Part shown: positions 62,176 through 64,000 of the stretch, in pieces | Numbering within the stretch: the stretch's first letter is position 1 | Layout of the letters: each line of letters starts with the position of its first letter | NCBI GenBank assembly: GCA_965279515.1 | Contig: CBDIID010000003.1 | Span: 2,144,001 to 2,208,000 of the forward strand | DNA from: Turneriella sp. | Lineage (GTDB): Bacteria; Spirochaetota; Leptospiria; Turneriellales; Turneriellaceae | Length of the DNA: 64,000 nucleotides | Direction of reading: 5' to 3' | Notes under the pieces: generated by a model | Database searches by the model: none | What the model was told of the DNA's origin: nothing | Seen by the model: only the letters and a program-made list of their open reading frames with translations | Program-made: the position numbers and the translations under genes

Positions 62176-64000
62176 ATGCGCAGAATCGTTTTTGTCATCT
62201 TTGCCTTTTCACTGCTGGCTTGCAACCGTGCGCCAAAACCCAAGGTGGAAGGTGGCGTTCTGAATCTGGAACAGTATGATTTCGCGGCCAACGGCCCCCT
62301 CGCCCTCGATGGCAACTGGGAGTTTTATTACGGTCAGTTTCTCTCTCCTGACGATCTTCAAAAGGCGCAGGCTCCCGGAAAAACATTCATGCCTGTACCC
62401 GACTCATGGAATCACCATGGCTTTCGTGCCGATGGTTTCGCGACATACCGTTTGCGCATACAGCTGCCACAGCATTATAAGGGGGATAACTTCCTGAGCC
62501 TCAGGCTCGACACCGCCGGCACGGCCTATACCCTCTTCGTCAACGGCCGCAAAGCAGCGGCGGCCGGCCAGCCGGGCAACAGCGTCGAAACATCGCAGGG
62601 CAGTTATAAGGTGCTTACCGTTCCGGTGAAACCCGAGAAAGGCGAACTCGAACTGGTTTTCCATATTTCGAATTATTTCCACCGCTCCGGCGGCCTCTGG
62701 TTCAGCCACCACCTGGGACCGGTGGAACAAATTACCAGCATGCGTGAGAAGGGATTGTTTCGTGATTTTATCCTGATGGGAGCGCTCTTTATCATCGGCT
62801 TCTACCACATCAGCCTGTTTCTGAACCGCCGCCGGGAAATTGCCGTACTGCATTTCGGTCTGTTTTGCCTGATCGTTGCCTTCCGCGTGCCCTTCACAGG
62901 AGAATTTTTTCTCACGCAGCTGTTTCCTGATTTTCCGCTGACGCTACAGCTGCGCCTGGAATACGCGACGGTTTACATAACACCGGTCTTCGTCATATCT
63001 TTCATCGCACATTCGTATGCCGAAGGCACGCGCCGGTTTATTCTCTATTATTCACGCATCGTGGCTTTTCTCTTCTGTCTGACATTCATCTTTTTTCCCC
63101 CGTTTACCTTCACGCGATTTATCGCCGGGCACGATCTATTTCTGATGACGATCGTCGTCTGGGCGTTTTCAGTCATGTCGCGGGCTGTTTATCGCCGTAA
63201 GGAGAACGCACTCATTACCCTGCTATTGCTGATCTTTCTCGCGGCCACGCTGATCAACGACCTCTTATTCTCGCTGGAATTTATCTACACGACAAGCATG
63301 CTGCCGTTCGGCCTGATTGTTTTCGTTTTTGCGCAGGCAGTGCTGCTTTCGCGCAAGTTCTACCACGCCTACCGCCTCTCCGAAGATCTTTCGGTATCGC
63401 TCACGGTCACAAACCGTGACCTGACGCAGCTCAAGGAGAGTCTTGAACTCAAGGTCAAGGAACGCACCGAAGTCTTGCACGAAAAAAACAGCGAACTTGC
63501 CACGGCGATCCACACCCGCGAGAAATTTCTCTCGATCATCGCGCACGACCTGCGCAGCCCGCTCATCGGCATGGCGCGCATCTTCGAGTCAGTCACCGGG
63601 GGTGTCGCGAAACTCGAAGACAAAATGATTCCGGCGCTCAGCAAAACCGCGCGCGAAAGCGTCAACCTGCTCGAAAATATGCTCAGCTGGGCGATGAGCC
63701 AGAAAAACCAGTTGAAGATTTTTCCCGACGATGTCGACCTCAGAAAAATTCTCGAAAGGATTCTGCACCTGTCGGAGCATATTGCGGCGGAGAAAAACCT
63801 GCGACTGAGTTTGGCACTGCCCGATGAGCTCTGGGTGCATGCAGACGGCAGCATGATAGAGACCGTGCTGCGCAATCTCATCAGCAATGCGGCGAAATTT
63901 ACACCGCCCGGCGGCGAGATCACTTTCACGGCGCTGACGAGTATTGACCGGGTTCGCCTTGAAATCCGTGACACGGGCCCCGGCATGCCGCCCGATAAAT
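62176..64000 (+). CDS. 7TM-DISM sensor histidine kinase (3' truncated by window edge; absent from ORF track)
   Basis: MRRIVFVIFAFSLLAC..GVLNL..LDGNWEFY, GFATYRL, ISNYFHRSGG, 7TM, SIIAHDLRSPL H-box, NLISNAAKFT, RDTGPGM. Confidence 0.92.
   Translation, partial: MRRIVFVIFAFSLLACNRAPKPKVEGGVLNLEQYDFAANGPLALDGNWEFYYGQFLSPDDLQKAQAPGKTFMPVPDSWNHHGFRADGFATYRLRIQLPQHYKGDNFLSLRLDTAGTAYTLFVNGRKAAAAGQPGNSVETSQGSYKVLTVPVKPEKGELELVFHISNYFHRSGGLWFSHHLGPVEQITSMREKGLFRDFILMGALFIIGFYHISLFLNRRREIAVLHFGLFCLIVAFRVPFTGEFFLTQLFPDFPLTLQLRLEYATVYITPVFVISFIAHSYAEGTRRFILYYSRIVAFLFCLTFIFFPPFTFTRFIAGHDLFLMTIVVWAFSVMSRAVYRRKENALITLLLLIFLAATLINDLLFSLEFIYTTSMLPFGLIVFVFAQAVLLSRKFYHAYRLSEDLSVSLTVTNRDLTQLKESLELKVKERTEVLHEKNSELATAIHTREKFLSIIAHDLRSPLIGMARIFESVTGGVAKLEDKMIPALSKTARESVNLLENMLSWAMSQKNQLKIFPDDVDLRKILERILHLSEHIAAEKNLRLSLALPDELWVHADGSMIETVLRNLISNAAKFTPPGGEITFTALTSIDRVRLEIRDTGPGMPPDK

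Noticed and set aside
62404..63986. Minus-strand ORFs near the window end
   Set aside because: Shadows of the plus-strand kinase starting at 62176, which runs off the window
1..64000. tRNA, rRNA, IS/transposase, prophage genes
   Set aside because: None recognised by eye; tRNAscan, Infernal and ISEScan would be needed to exclude them

Overview
Gene-dense bacterial window. Gene content (Loa22-like OmpA lipoprotein, many spirochaete-style lipoproteins, 7TM-DISM kinase, several SpoIIE phosphatases, FecR) suggests a Leptospiraceae (Turneriella/Leptospira-like) spirochaete; this is inference, not a database result. The most notable feature is a ~17.5 kb divergent locus (5835-23265). Its rightward operon encodes STAS, ECF sigma, membrane PP2C, SiaB-like kinase, SiaC-like STAS, FecR, HAMP-PP2C-TPR, a membrane-anchored TPR protein and a small OM beta-barrel. 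Each side carries an Ig-repeat lipoprotein followed by a beta-propeller lipoprotein, and a PilZ protein ends the left arm. FecR, the TPR protein and the barrel share a short Sm-like module that may link them across the envelope. Other points of interest are an AT-rich cassette-like gene with an (AT)n frameshift followed by a structured attC-like element, two probable CTG starts coupled to upstream TGA stops, a NoeA-like kinase-methyltransferase with a sulfatase, and a DEAD-box helicase with an RNase E-like membrane-targeting helix. The rest is envelope, transport and metabolic genes (TonB receptor, esterases, ABC transporter, lgt, waaL/GT2/wbaP, TolC). I recognised no rRNA, tRNA, CRISPR array or transposase. 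All family calls are by-eye motif recognition.
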